The notes beneath the pieces are model-generated. The model had not been told where the DNA came from. It worked only from the letters and a program-made list of their open reading frames with translations, and searched no databases. A stretch of DNA of 36,148 bases from Fibrobacterales bacterium (GTDB lineage: Bacteria > Fibrobacterota > Fibrobacteria > Fibrobacterales > JAOPTW01): contig JAOPTX010000044.1 of the NCBI GenBank assembly GCA_051532055.1, positions 98,947 through 135,094 on the forward strand, in the 5' to 3' direction. Below are positions 16,112 through 26,275 of the stretch, in pieces (within the stretch, counting starts at the first letter, position 1; each line of letters opens with the position of its first letter). The translations under genes were made by a program, and so were the position numbers.

Positions 16112-16780
16112 TTATTTAAGAAGGTCAGGGCGACGCTCTTGAGTGCGTTTGAGGCTTTGCTCTTTTTGCCAAATTTTAATTTTTTTATGATCGCCTGAAA
16201 GAAGTACGTCAGGAACTTTCATGTCTTCAAATTCACGAGGGCGAGTATAGACTGGCCATGCAAGCCTGTTTTCATAAAATGAATCAGATGTTGCCGAGTC
16301 TTGGTTGCCAAGAGCTCCCGTAATCATCCGGGTAGTTGCGTCTACGACTACCATAGCGCCGAGTTCTCCACCGGTAAGAACATAATCCCCAATGCTCACC
16401 TCGTGGGTTACATACTTATCGCAGACCCGTTCATCAATCCCTTTATAGTGGCCACATATAATAGTGATGTTTTCAGCGGTGGCAAATTCTTTAGCCATAG
16501 CTTGATCAAACACTTTACCTTGAGGGGTCATGTAAATAACAATGCCGGGCTCCGTATGAGATGCTTTTATTGCATCAACAATAGGCTCTGGTCTGAGGAC
16601 CATTCCGGCTTCACCGCCATAAGGAGTGCTGTCAACTTGGCCATACTTATTGATGGCAAAATCTCTGAGATCAATAAGGCTTACATCAATAACTTCTTTT
16701 TCTTGGGCGCGGCCAATGATTGAGTGCCCCAGTAATTGGAACATTTCAGGGAAGAGGGTAATGATATTGATTTTAAGCAT
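16112..16780 (-). CDS. trmD: tRNA (guanine37-N1)-methyltransferase
   Basis: ITLFPEMF, PYGGEAGMVL, CGHYKGIDERV, SIGDYVLTGGE, YTRP. Start moved to ATG 16780. Confidence 0.97.
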   Translation of the reverse strand: MLKINIITLFPEMFQLLGHSIIGRAQEKEVIDVSLIDLRDFAINKYGQVDSTPYGGEAGMVLRPEPIVDAIKASHTEPGIVIYMTPQGKVFDQAMAKEFATAENITIICGHYKGIDERVCDKYVTHEVSIGDYVLTGGELGAMVVVDATTRMITGALGNQDSATSDSFYENRLAWPVYTRPREFEDMKVPDVLLSGDHKKIKIWQKEQSLKRTQERRPDLLK

Positions 16781-16787
16781 AAGGCAC

Positions 16788-17339
16788 CTACTCGATGCTT
16801 TTAAGGAACTCGTAGGTTTCACTGAGGAAGTGCGTATCAACTATCACTACCTGACGTTCATCGTCGATATCAAGAACACATTGATCTATCCAAGGAGCCA
16901 TTATGTCATGACCTTGGTATTTGATATGGAAGGTATTGACTGAAGGGTGTTCAATGACCTCTTTAACCGTTCCGAGGTCTGCACCACCAGATGATTCAAC
17001 CTGAAAGCCTTCGAGATCAGAAAGGTAGAATTCACCCTTTTCGAGAGGAAGTCGTTCATCATTATGAATGAGAATAATCCATCCGTTAAATCGTTTGGCA
17101 TCTTCGGGACTGGTTATCTCTTCAAACTTAACAAACCAGAGATCTTGTTTGATGCGAGCTGATTCGATTGTCAGTTCTTTAATGTCAGTAAGTTTGCGAG
17201 GAGATTGGATAAATATTTTATCCAAAAGAGAGAGCCGATCGAGATCAAAGGTCAATGGCATGACCTTGATCTCACCTTTTACGGCAAAAGGCTTCAGCAG
17301 TTTTCCAACTGCTGTGTAATCATTCGGGTTGAAGTCCAA
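16788..17339 (-). CDS. rimM: Ribosome maturation factor RimM
   Basis: VGKLLKPFAVKGEIKV, LPLEKGEFYLSDLEG; located between rpsP and trmD. Confidence 0.95.
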   Translation of the reverse strand: MDFNPNDYTAVGKLLKPFAVKGEIKVMPLTFDLDRLSLLDKIFIQSPRKLTDIKELTIESARIKQDLWFVKFEEITSPEDAKRFNGWIILIHNDERLPLEKGEFYLSDLEGFQVESSGGADLGTVKEVIEHPSVNTFHIKYQGHDIMAPWIDQCVLDIDDERQVVIVDTHFLSETYEFLKSIE

Positions 17340-17353
17340 TACCCGATCCTTAA

Positions 17354-17776
17354 TTATTCTGCAGCTTCTTCAGTAGATGCTTCTGCGGCAGCAGCCTCAG
17401 CAGCAGCAGCTTCTTTGTCTGCTTCTATTTTCGCAAGTGCTTTCTTACTTGGTTTTTTATCTTTCTCAACGAGAGGCTTAGGAGTTACAACAAAGTTGCT
17501 GATGTCTTCACCTTTTTTAGCAGCAACGTACATTGCGTATACGCCGGCTTGCTTAAGAAGAGATTTGACGGTATCAGAAGGCTGTGCACCTTTAACCATC
17601 CAGTCTACAACTGTTGAGTTTTCAAATGAGATTTCTGCTGGTTGGATATTAGGATTGTAATATCCAACATTTTCGATGAACTTGCCATCGCGTGGTGAGC
17701 GACTATCTGCTACTACTACAGAATATATAGCCTCGTGTGCTCTACCTTTTCTAGCTAAACGTAATACTGTTGCCAA
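17354..17776 (-). CDS. rpsP: 30S ribosomal protein S16 with C-terminal extension
   Basis: LRLARKG...VVADSRSPRDGKFIENVGYYNP...GAQPSDTV. Start set at TTG 17776 after GGAG. Confidence 0.97.
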   Translation of the reverse strand: MATVLRLARKGRAHEAIYSVVVADSRSPRDGKFIENVGYYNPNIQPAEISFENSTVVDWMVKGAQPSDTVKSLLKQAGVYAMYVAAKKGEDISNFVVTPKPLVEKDKKPSKKALAKIEADKEAAAAEAAAAEASTEEAAE

Positions 17777-17926
17777 GTGGTACTCCAAAATTGGTTTTAG
17801 AAAATTATCGTGACAAACTTAATATAAAATAGAAGGTTCTGCAATGACTGGTGGAGAAATTTATCTTACTATGGCTATAAATTGCTTAGTTAGATGTCAG
17901 AATGCTATAAAAACTTAAAATTAGTT

Positions 17927-17949
17927 AAGGAAACCTTGTGGGTTTCCTT
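17927..17949. terminator. Hairpin between ffh and rpsP, possible terminator
   Basis: AAGGAAACC-TTGTG-GGTTTCCTT perfect 9-bp stem about 75 nt past the ffh stop; the U tract on the minus strand is weak. Confidence 0.5.
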
Positions 17950-18023
17950 TTAAAGAACGGTTATATTTGAGGATAGTGAGTAGCTCTGCGGGGTATTATT
18001 GTCGTGAATTAGAGAAAAAGTTA

Positions 18024-19379
18024 CTACTGGCCCATCATTCCTTTTAATTGACTCATATTGGGCATGCCACCTTTGCCACCTTTCATTTTTCCTGTCATTT
18101 TGGTCATTTGTTTCATCATTTTTTTCATGTCTTCAAATTGTTTTACTACTTGATTGACTTGTTGAACCGATGTTCCAGAGCCACGAGAAATTCTTCTTCT
18201 CCGGCTTGCATCAAGTACTTTAGGGAACTTTCGTTCCTTTGGTGTCATAGAAGAGAGGATCGCTTCGATTGATTTAAATTCGTCACCTTTAAGGGCATCT
18301 TTCATTTTGCCCATTCCGGGGATCATGCCCATGATGTCTTTAAGAGGGCCGAGCTTTTTAATCATGCGGAGTTGACTGAGAAAATCTTCAAGGTCAAATT
18401 TGTTGCTCATCAACTTATTGGTGAGCTTTTTAGCCTCTTTTTCGTCAATTACTTCTTGAGCGCGTTCTACAAGCGATACCACATCACCCATGCCGAGGAT
18501 GCGGTTTGCCATGCGGTCGGGATAAAATACCTCTATATCGGCAAGTTTTTCACCAGTACCAATAAAGCGAATAGGGACGCCACCCGCCACTTTTTTAATA
18601 CTAAGGGCGGCACCGCCACGGGTGTCACCATCAAGTTTTGAGAGGCAGATACCCGTAAATTTAAGGCGATTATAAAATTCTTCGGATACATTGACTGCTT
18701 CCTGTCCAAGCATCGAGTCTGCTACAAAGAAGATCTCATGTGGCTTGACTGCAGCCTTTACATCTTCGACCTCTTTCATCAATGCTTCATCAATTTGTAG
18801 TCGACCAGCAGTATCGTAAATGATGACATCAAATTCGTTTTTAATGGCATATTCCCGTGCGTTTTTTGAAATCACAACAGGATTGCCTTGCCCCTCTTCA
18901 AAGACCTCAATTCCGAGAGATTTCCCAAGAATTTGAAGTTGTTTTATCGCTGCGGGGCGGTATACATCAGCAGCTACGAGTAGGGGCTTTAGTTTCTTTT
19001 TGTTTCTTAAATGGAGGGCTATTTTTCCAGTAAAGGTTGTTTTACCAGAGCCCTGAAGGCCGACCATCATGATACTAAAAGGTCTTTTTCCTTCAATCTG
19101 GAGCTCATGAGCCTTGCCACCCATGATTTCAACAAGTTCATCATTGATAAACTTTACAATCATTTGAGCGGGGTTAACTGACTGGAGAACTTCTTGGCCA
19201 AGTGCTTTCTCTTTTACTGCATTGACAAACTCTTTTGTGACAGAAAAGTTGACATCGGCTTCGAGAAATGCACGGCGTACTTCACGGAGGGCAGTTGAAA
19301 TATTCTCTTCGGTGATCTTAGATTCACCTTTGAGGGTTTTGAAAACACCTTCTAAACGATCGGAGAGTTGAGAAAACAT
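18024..19379 (-). CDS. ffh: Signal recognition particle protein Ffh
   Basis: GLQGSGKTT, DVYRPAA, DTAGR, KLDGDTRGGAALS, RILGMGD and Met-rich M domain. Confidence 0.98.
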   Translation of the reverse strand: MFSQLSDRLEGVFKTLKGESKITEENISTALREVRRAFLEADVNFSVTKEFVNAVKEKALGQEVLQSVNPAQMIVKFINDELVEIMGGKAHELQIEGKRPFSIMMVGLQGSGKTTFTGKIALHLRNKKKLKPLLVAADVYRPAAIKQLQILGKSLGIEVFEEGQGNPVVISKNAREYAIKNEFDVIIYDTAGRLQIDEALMKEVEDVKAAVKPHEIFFVADSMLGQEAVNVSEEFYNRLKFTGICLSKLDGDTRGGAALSIKKVAGGVPIRFIGTGEKLADIEVFYPDRMANRILGMGDVVSLVERAQEVIDEKEAKKLTNKLMSNKFDLEDFLSQLRMIKKLGPLKDIMGMIPGMGKMKDALKGDEFKSIEAILSSMTPKERKFPKVLDASRRRRISRGSGTSVQQVNQVVKQFEDMKKMMKQMTKMTGKMKGGKGGMPNMSQLKGMMGQ

Positions 19380-19758
19380 AAGCTCAGGGATTTAGGATTA
19401 CGGCCTTAAAATAGCAAAATTTATGGTAAAGGGAAGGAGTGGGGCGTTCTGACAGGTAATCAATAGTTCTCAATCGGGCATTTGACTATGAAATGAACCG
19501 TCATAATTATGTATGAATTGTATTCATCAATAGATTATATTAATGGGTGTGTACCGGTGTAAATACACTTATTTTAGTAAATGAAGCATAAAAACGCCAT
19601 TTTTAGTTAGGAATACCCTTGCGGACCCTGAGATCATGTAATGTGAACATAAAGTAAACAAATAGTTATTAGGTTTTATGTAGAGGACTAATTAAATCTG
19701 ATATCAAATGGTGGTGAAGTTATATTGGTCGCAATAACTATTATACATTGGAGAGGCG

Positions 19759-21333
19759 ATGAAACTCTTTTGGGTGATCACAGTAACAGCTTTTTGGACT
19801 ATATTAAATGTAACAGGGTGTTCTGGAACAACTCCTGGATCCGTAAGTATTCCACGTAAACCACTTCTTAAAGGGGAGTACAAGTCGTTAGGGAACTCAG
19901 TGGCTCAGATTGAAGTAAAAGAAGTGGATGGCCATTGGAAGCTGTATAGGAATGGCGAAGAGTATTTTGTAAATGGTGTTGGTGGTTGGCAACAACGTGA
20001 CTATCTTTTAGCGTCTGGTGGTAATTCAATTCGTACTTGGGGTATTGACGAACATACCATCCCCCTACTTGATAGCTGTGCGAAAGAAGGGATTACGGTT
20101 CATGTTGGCCTTTGGGTTGATCATGAGCGTCATCTCATTGAAGCAGTTAATGCTCGGAAAATAATTCGATTAGCGTATAAGAAAATAACCGGAACTCAGG
20201 TTGAGACGGTCACGGATATTGCGCTCATTAAAGAGACTCTTCTTAAAAACAAGTCAAGCTTTGCACAGTATATTGTGGATGATATAAAGAAAATTAAGTC
20301 TCATGATGATCTTGATACTACAATAGGATACAATAATGATGCATGGTTTGCTGAACGATTTGAATTTTACAAAAAGCAGATACTTTCTATTAAAGACCAC
20401 CCAGCGCTCTTAATGTGGGGTATTGGGAATGAAGTACAAACCAATCACTATCTTGACAAAGCGGATAATATTCAAAAATCATTTGACCTAAACCCGCGTG
20501 TGTGGCAACAAATTGGGCGGCTCGCCACTTTTATTAAAAAAGTTGATGGCAACCATCCAACCTCTACCATTCTTTATTGGCCTGAGAGTGACGCAATTGA
20601 AGGGATTAAAAAATATGCGAAAGATATTGATGTACTCGGTCTTAATGCCTATGCAGGGATATCTGTAGTGTTTAGGGATGCAGTAAATAATGGATGGAGC
20701 GGACCAACAATTGTTACGGAATATGGGCCCGATGGGCATTGGGAAGTAGGTAAAACTGAGTGGGGAGCTTATATAGAAGATAACTCTACTACTAAAGCAA
20801 CAAAATATAAAAAACGTACACAACAGCTGCATCGGGAGGGCTCATGTCTCGGTGGGTATGCATTTCTATGGGGTGAAAAACAAGAACGTACCAGAACGTG
20901 GTATGGTTTGATTTTTAATGGAAGTGATGTTACAGCGGGTGCTGATGCACTTGCTAAGGTTTGGACCGGTAAATATCCTAAAAATCGTGCGCCTATAGTA
21001 CGAACTCTTAAAATAGATAATCGATATGCCAAAGATAATATTCGTTTTTCAAAGGGAGCAAGCTACACTGGTAAACTTGATGCCGTTGATACAGAAGATA
21101 AGCGTAATCTCGTATATGTATACGAACTCCTGAGGGAATCCCAATCTAAGAAAATTGGTGGAGAGGAAGAGGATGTACCAGAGACTATTGTAGGGGCAAT
21201 ATCAGCTGTTAATGAAGATGGAACTTTTGAGATAGAAGTGCCTAAAGATAAGGGACCCTATAGACTTTTTGCCTATGTGTATGATCAGAATGGGAAAATG
21301 GGGCATGCGAGTTTCCCCTTTTTCGTAGAGTAG
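19759..21333 (+). CDS. Clan GH-A (GH2-like TIM barrel) glycoside hydrolase lipoprotein
   Basis: Lipobox VTGC; GGNSIRTWG; KDHPALLMWGIGNE (acid/base); IVTEYGP (nucleophile); C-terminal beta domain; GGAGAGG SD. Confidence 0.85.
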   Translation: MKLFWVITVTAFWTILNVTGCSGTTPGSVSIPRKPLLKGEYKSLGNSVAQIEVKEVDGHWKLYRNGEEYFVNGVGGWQQRDYLLASGGNSIRTWGIDEHTIPLLDSCAKEGITVHVGLWVDHERHLIEAVNARKIIRLAYKKITGTQVETVTDIALIKETLLKNKSSFAQYIVDDIKKIKSHDDLDTTIGYNNDAWFAERFEFYKKQILSIKDHPALLMWGIGNEVQTNHYLDKADNIQKSFDLNPRVWQQIGRLATFIKKVDGNHPTSTILYWPESDAIEGIKKYAKDIDVLGLNAYAGISVVFRDAVNNGWSGPTIVTEYGPDGHWEVGKTEWGAYIEDNSTTKATKYKKRTQQLHREGSCLGGYAFLWGEKQERTRTWYGLIFNGSDVTAGADALAKVWTGKYPKNRAPIVRTLKIDNRYAKDNIRFSKGASYTGKLDAVDTEDKRNLVYVYELLRESQSKKIGGEEEDVPETIVGAISAVNEDGTFEIEVPKDKGPYRLFAYVYDQNGKMGHASFPFFVE

Positions 21334-21367
21334 TAGTTGACTCATTAACAAAAGAAAGATTATTTTT

Positions 21368-21403
21368 AAAAAGCCTGATTCATTAGATTGAATTGGGCTT
21401 TTT
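21368..21403. terminator. Bidirectional intrinsic terminator
   Basis: AAAAAGCCTGATTCA-TTAGAT-TGAATTGGGCTTTTT between convergent genes (two G-U pairs on the + transcript). Confidence 0.78.
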
Positions 21404-21884
21404 AGCTAAAAAGTTCTTGGTCGATAGGGATATCGGCCTTTTCCATGTACTCAATTATGCGGTCTCGATGTAAATCATCTTCATCTTTAAGTTGTTTGAA
21501 AATTTTCATAACTTCATTAGATGAGTCCATGTCGATAACCGATTGAAATTGTCCCTCTCCAAGGCCAACTTCTACATAGAGCGCGATGTTGAGGGCTCTT
21601 TCTCGAGTAATCTCTTCGGTTCTTACTTGGCTGATGAGTTCTTCAAGTGCGGCTATGGGGGCTTGAAGCTCTGTTTCTAAAAAACGTTGCAAGGGCTCAG
21701 GAAGCCCAGAGTCTGTCTCTATAGTTTGTGCAAAGCTTAGTATTGAAGCATGGTTCTTTTCTTCGAGTACCATATGCCACCAAAAACTTGCATCTATCTC
21801 AAACTGATGATAAAAGCAGAGATAGAGTTCTGCTGCGAGGTGTTCAAGGCGAATTGCGCTATTGAGAAATGACTCTTGAACCAT
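21402..21884 (-). CDS. Ferritin-like (rubrerythrin-family) protein
   Basis: AIRLE..AAELY, EEKNH, ALYVE and EDDLH pattern of a diiron four-helix bundle. Confidence 0.78.
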   Translation of the reverse strand: MVQESFLNSAIRLEHLAAELYLCFYHQFEIDASFWWHMVLEEKNHASILSFAQTIETDSGLPEPLQRFLETELQAPIAALEELISQVRTEEITRERALNIALYVEVGLGEGQFQSVIDMDSSNEVMKIFKQLKDEDDLHRDRIIEYMEKADIPIDQELFS

Positions 21885-21974
21885 GGGGTCACCAGTAGAA
21901 CGTTATTCTGGATTGAGTATACCACGCTTTGCTGAAAATGTGGTAGTAAATAGATAATGGGCCGGGGAAGGCCG

Positions 21975-22454
21975 TTATTTATGAGAGAGGCTATCGATGT
22001 TCATTGGAGTGGTTTCCATGGAAAATGATTGGGGCACACGCACCCATTCGGCCGTTCTTCCTATGAGTGAAAATCCTATATATCCTCTAACTTTTAAAAT
22101 AGACTTTTGGATTTTCATTTCACAACTATATGTTTTGCCATTATTCGGATCATATACGGTGCCTTCCTCGAGTTCATCATCATCGAATTCAAAGTCTTTA
22201 AGGATTTCAAGGTCTATTATAGGAGTGTTTCTGAGGGAGGTATCGGGGTTGTTAGAGTCGACCTTTGGAATACCATTGCTGTCGAGTGGGTCCTTTAGCC
22301 AGCGAATTACTCCGTAAATCTTATTCTTTTTTTGAAAGAGTTCCACGATACTTTCATTGTCTTTAGTAAACCATTTTCCTAAGAAATCATCTTTTGAGGC
22401 TGAAATGAGCATAATTGATGAAAGGAGAGTAATGAGTGTTACTTTTTTTAGCAT
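21975..22454 (-). CDS. DUF2147-family exported protein
   Basis: GKWFT, D.NNPD.SLR..PI, GTVYDPNNGKTYSC, LKVRGYIGFSLIGRT..W. Start moved to ATG 22454, which gives a signal peptide. Confidence 0.9.
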   Translation of the reverse strand: MLKKVTLITLLSSIMLISASKDDFLGKWFTKDNESIVELFQKKNKIYGVIRWLKDPLDSNGIPKVDSNNPDTSLRNTPIIDLEILKDFEFDDDELEEGTVYDPNNGKTYSCEMKIQKSILKVRGYIGFSLIGRTAEWVRVPQSFSMETTPMNIDSLSHK

Positions 22455-22700
22455 ACTATGGCTCACAATAGAGAGGATACAGATTGAAAATAAATATTTA
22501 TGAGAGTTAATGGGCAAAAACTCACTCTTTGAGTAATTTTAGCCACTTGTTACAGGGGGGATGTGATTTTGAGAGTGCTCAACTTTGCTAAAATATGATA
22601 TATGAATGCCTTATGGATGCTATAGGTAAAGAAATATTATTGTAAAACAGAGGTAAAATACTACCTTTCAACCACTTGAAAATTGAGCAGGAGCCGTCTA

Positions 22701-25700
22701 TTGTATCTGTCGAAGCTAAAGATATTTGGTTTTAAATCTTTTCCTAATAAAGTTGAAGTAAACTTTCCGGGAAATGGTATTACTGCTATTGTTGGCCCCA
22801 ATGGTTGTGGAAAATCAAATATTATGGACTCAATTCGTTGGGTACTCGGTGAACAAAGGGTAAAACAGCTCCGTTCCAAAAATATGAGTGACGTAATATT
22901 TTCGGGTACTGCCGACAAACCTGCACTTAATTTTGCTGAAGTTTCACTTATTATTAATAACGAGAGTGGTCAACTCCCTTCTGATTATCCCGAAATTCAA
23001 ATAACGCGTCGCGCCTATCGGAGTGGAGAATCTGAATATCTCATAAACAATCAAGAGTGTCGTCTTAAAGACATTCATGCACTTTTTTACGATACCGGTA
23101 TGGGCGCTGCATCATATTCTCTCATGGAGTCGCGAATGATTGATGCACTCCTCAGTGATAAAGCAGAAGAGCGTCGGCACCTATTTGAAGAAGCATCGGG
23201 TATAAGTAAATATAAGCAACAGCGTAAAGAAACGTTAAGACAACTAGAGCGAACTGCATTTGACCTTGAGCGAGTGGAAGAGTCACTGAGAATGGTTCGA
23301 CAGTCAGTAACACGTTATGAAAACCAAGCAAAAAAGGCTGAACAGTGGCGTACTCTAACCAATAGAGGTAAAGAGCTTGAAATCTCAATGGGCTATGATA
23401 AATACTTTGAATATAAGTCTGCCTGTCAGGAGTTTGAAAAGCGTAAAGTTGCTGAAGAAAATAGAATGACTGAACTTCAGGCCAAACTCTCGACAATAGA
23501 GCTTACCCTTGAAGAGAAAAAATTGACTATGGCCGATGAAGAAGAGGCCCTGCGTGAAGCAGAGCAGGTTGTGTCTAATAGAAAAATGGAAATTAATGAT
23601 GCTGACCACGAAGCAAAGCGTGCTCGTGAACGGGTTACTCATCAAAATGAAAGTGTTGAACGCTTTCTACAGGAGATAGAGTCAAGTAAAGAGCGACTTC
23701 GAGAGATTGATGGTGAACGACTCATTAAAAATGAAGAACTTGCACAGTTTCAGGAAGAGCTTGAAGGTAAAGATGAATTTATCGCCAATTTCGAAGAGGA
23801 ACTTCAGGTTATAAATAATCGCCATTCTGAAGTCCGTGAACATGCTCGTGACTTAAATGCTGAGTTGATGAAGCTTATCGAAGTACATTCTCAGGTGAAA
23901 AATAAATATGAACGAGCGCTACAAGAAATTGAAAATTTTGAAACTCAAAAATCTTCTCTACAGGGGGAGCTTGTTGACCTTACCGATAAAATTGAAGAGG
24001 TAGAGGGTGAATTTGAGAATGTGCAAGAGTCTGATTCTGACTTAGAAGAACGACAAGAAGAACTTCAAGAACAATCTACGCAATCACAAAATGCCCTCGA
24101 AGAGGTTCGGGAACGCCTTGATGGAATTCGTGAACAAGAGCGTACAATCTCTTCTTCAAAAGTATCGATACAATCTGAACTTGATGTATTAAAAAAAGTT
24201 ATTAATTCCCATGAAGGCGTTTCTGGTGGAGTTAAAAATATTTTAAATGAGAAGGCTGATATTGCCCAAGGGATTCTCTCCGATAAAATAAAAGTTATTG
24301 GTGAGCACCCTGATGCCGTAGAGTTTTGTTTAGGCGATGCAATGCAGTTTGTAATTGCAGATACATTAGAAGATTCAGAAGTACTTCTCGAATATTTAGA
24401 AGGAGAGCAAAAAGGTAAAGCAGTGTTTGCTTCTCTCGATAGACTTACTCAGTATAGTCGAACGAGGCCAAATTTATTTGGGGAGGGGCACATTGGTTGG
24501 GTAGATCAGCAAGTGGATAGTGATGATTTGTTGACTCATGCTTTAGAAGCTATTGTAGGTAACTATTATCTCGTATCAAATTTTCAAATTGCGAGTAGTC
24601 TTGCGGATGATCACCGTGAACATGATGTGTGGTTTGTGGCAGTAGACTCAATGCGTGCGATACATACCTCTGGTATTGTCAAAGGTGGTAAAGGGAGTGA
24701 TGATGGTGGACTTCTTAAGAGGAAAAGTCGTGTAGAGGAGCTTGAAAAAGAGCTCATTGATGTTACGTATCAACTAGAAACTGTTGAGCTTGAAAGAGAA
24801 GAGCTTATGGAAGCGGTGACTGTACATGCAACAACTATTGAAGAGTCTAAAGAAGAACTCGATATTATTCGTGGGCAACTACAAAATACCATTCAAACGC
24901 GCAGTATTGCACAGACTCGCCTTCAGAGTATGCGGGAACGAGAAGAGAGTATTCAATTTAAAATTGAAGATTTTGACGAAAAAATTATTCCCCTAAAATC
25001 TGCACTTGATGAACAGAGTACAGGAGTTGATGATTCTGCGGGGCGCCGCCAAGAACTTGAAGAGCAACATGAACTTGCTGTAGAAGAGCAACAAGAGATA
25101 GAGACTCAAAAATCATCGAAAGAAGAAGAATACAAAGAGGTAGGAACCATGGTGCTGCAGATTCGTGGTGCCATTAATAAACTACAACAAGAAATTGAAT
25201 ACAATAATAAGCTTGAAGTTAACTTAAAAGAGACTGTTGAAAAACGCCAACTCCAGATTGAAGAGAGTGAGGGGTTTGTACAAGAATCTTTGGAAGTGAT
25301 GCAGGGCCTTCAGAATAAAGTAGAAGAACTCTATGAAGTGTTAACCATCGAAGAATCGAGGCGTGATGATGCCCGAGAAATTTTCGATGAGAAACGCTCA
25401 AGTCTTGATGTGTATCAGAAAGAAATTCAGACAATACATGCTCAAATTCGTGAAGCGACAGAGCATATTCACAAATGTGAAATTAAGACTTCAGACCTTG
25501 GGGTTAAAGCCTCTCATATCAAAGAGAGAATTTATGAATCTTATGAAGTAGATCTTGAAACTGATGAGTCTATTACTCGGGTTGATTATGATGAAGATGA
25601 AGCGCGTAAAGAAATTACTCAGTTAAAAGAGAAAATTAAGAAGCTGGGGAATATTAATACCGGGGCTCTTGAAGATTATGAAGAAGAGAAAGCGCGACTC

Positions 25701-26258
25701 GAAGATACTGAGAAACAGTTTAAAGACCTTGATACAGCTCGGATATCACTCGAAAAAACCATTCAAAAATTAGATACTGTCGCTCGTGAACGATTTATGG
25801 AAACCTTTAATCAGGTGAAAAATAATTTTCAGGATGTGTTTGCGAGCCTGATGCATCAAGGTGAAGCGAAGCTGAGTCTCGAAGAAGGTGTTGATCCTCT
25901 TGAGGCAAAAATCGATATTAATGCACGACCTACTGGGAAAAAAATGCGTGGTGTGACATTGCTCTCTGGGGGAGAACGGGCGCTTACGGCAACGGCATTG
26001 TTGTTCGCTCTCTATATGGTAAAACCTTCGCCATACTGTATTCTTGACGAAGTTGACGGCCCTCTGGATGATGCGAACATTGGTCGCTTTGTACAGTTGT
26101 TGCGCCGATTTTCACGTCAGACGCAGTTTATTATTATTACGCACAACAAACGAACTATGGCAGCATCAGACCGTCTCTATGGAGTAATGCAAGAGGTGAA
26201 AGGTATCTCTAAAGTTACTTCTGTACAACTTGAAGAAGCCGCGGATATTGTTGGATAA
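22701..26258 (+). CDS. smc: Chromosome segregation protein SMC
   Basis: GFKSF, Walker A GPNGCGKS, coiled coils with a central hinge, LSGGE signature, Walker B ILDEVD, ITHNK. Start set at TTG 22701 after AGGAG. Confidence 0.97.
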   Translation: MYLSKLKIFGFKSFPNKVEVNFPGNGITAIVGPNGCGKSNIMDSIRWVLGEQRVKQLRSKNMSDVIFSGTADKPALNFAEVSLIINNESGQLPSDYPEIQITRRAYRSGESEYLINNQECRLKDIHALFYDTGMGAASYSLMESRMIDALLSDKAEERRHLFEEASGISKYKQQRKETLRQLERTAFDLERVEESLRMVRQSVTRYENQAKKAEQWRTLTNRGKELEISMGYDKYFEYKSACQEFEKRKVAEENRMTELQAKLSTIELTLEEKKLTMADEEEALREAEQVVSNRKMEINDADHEAKRARERVTHQNESVERFLQEIESSKERLREIDGERLIKNEELAQFQEELEGKDEFIANFEEELQVINNRHSEVREHARDLNAELMKLIEVHSQVKNKYERALQEIENFETQKSSLQGELVDLTDKIEEVEGEFENVQESDSDLEERQEELQEQSTQSQNALEEVRERLDGIREQERTISSSKVSIQSELDVLKKVINSHEGVSGGVKNILNEKADIAQGILSDKIKVIGEHPDAVEFCLGDAMQFVIADTLEDSEVLLEYLEGEQKGKAVFASLDRLTQYSRTRPNLFGEGHIGWVDQQVDSDDLLTHALEAIVGNYYLVSNFQIASSLADDHREHDVWFVAVDSMRAIHTSGIVKGGKGSDDGGLLKRKSRVEELEKELIDVTYQLETVELEREELMEAVTVHATTIEESKEELDIIRGQLQNTIQTRSIAQTRLQSMREREESIQFKIEDFDEKIIPLKSALDEQSTGVDDSAGRRQELEEQHELAVEEQQEIETQKSSKEEEYKEVGTMVLQIRGAINKLQQEIEYNNKLEVNLKETVEKRQLQIEESEGFVQESLEVMQGLQNKVEELYEVLTIEESRRDDAREIFDEKRSSLDVYQKEIQTIHAQIREATEHIHKCEIKTSDLGVKASHIKERIYESYEVDLETDESITRVDYDEDEARKEITQLKEKIKKLGNINTGALEDYEEEKARLEDTEKQFKDLDTARISLEKTIQKLDTVARERFMETFNQVKNNFQDVFASLMHQGEAKLSLEEGVDPLEAKIDINARPTGKKMRGVTLLSGGERALTATALLFALYMVKPSPYCILDEVDGPLDDANIGRFVQLLRRFSRQTQFIIITHNKRTMAASDRLYGVMQEVKGISKVTSVQLEEAADIVG

Positions 26259-26275
26259 CCTTAAAACGAGAAACT

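Noticed and set aside
16781..16840. N-terminal extension of TrmD overlapping rimM (similar extensions on DUF3570, PhnA, rpsP, DUF2147 and smc)
   Set aside because: ORF-caller longest-start artefacts; downstream starts fit SD sites and/or family N-termini.
15028..17660. Plus-strand ORFs of 105-174 aa opposite the cNMP gene, trmD, rimM and rpsP
   Set aside because: Antisense to well-supported conserved genes.
19380..19758. SRP RNA (ffs) or another ncRNA next to ffh
   Set aside because: No GC-rich long hairpin with the SRP domain IV CAGG...GGAA...AGCAG pattern was found.
22701..26258. SMC considered as Wadjet JetC/MksB or another defence ATPase
   Set aside because: Canonical full-length housekeeping SMC motifs and hinge; no jetA/B/D-like neighbours.
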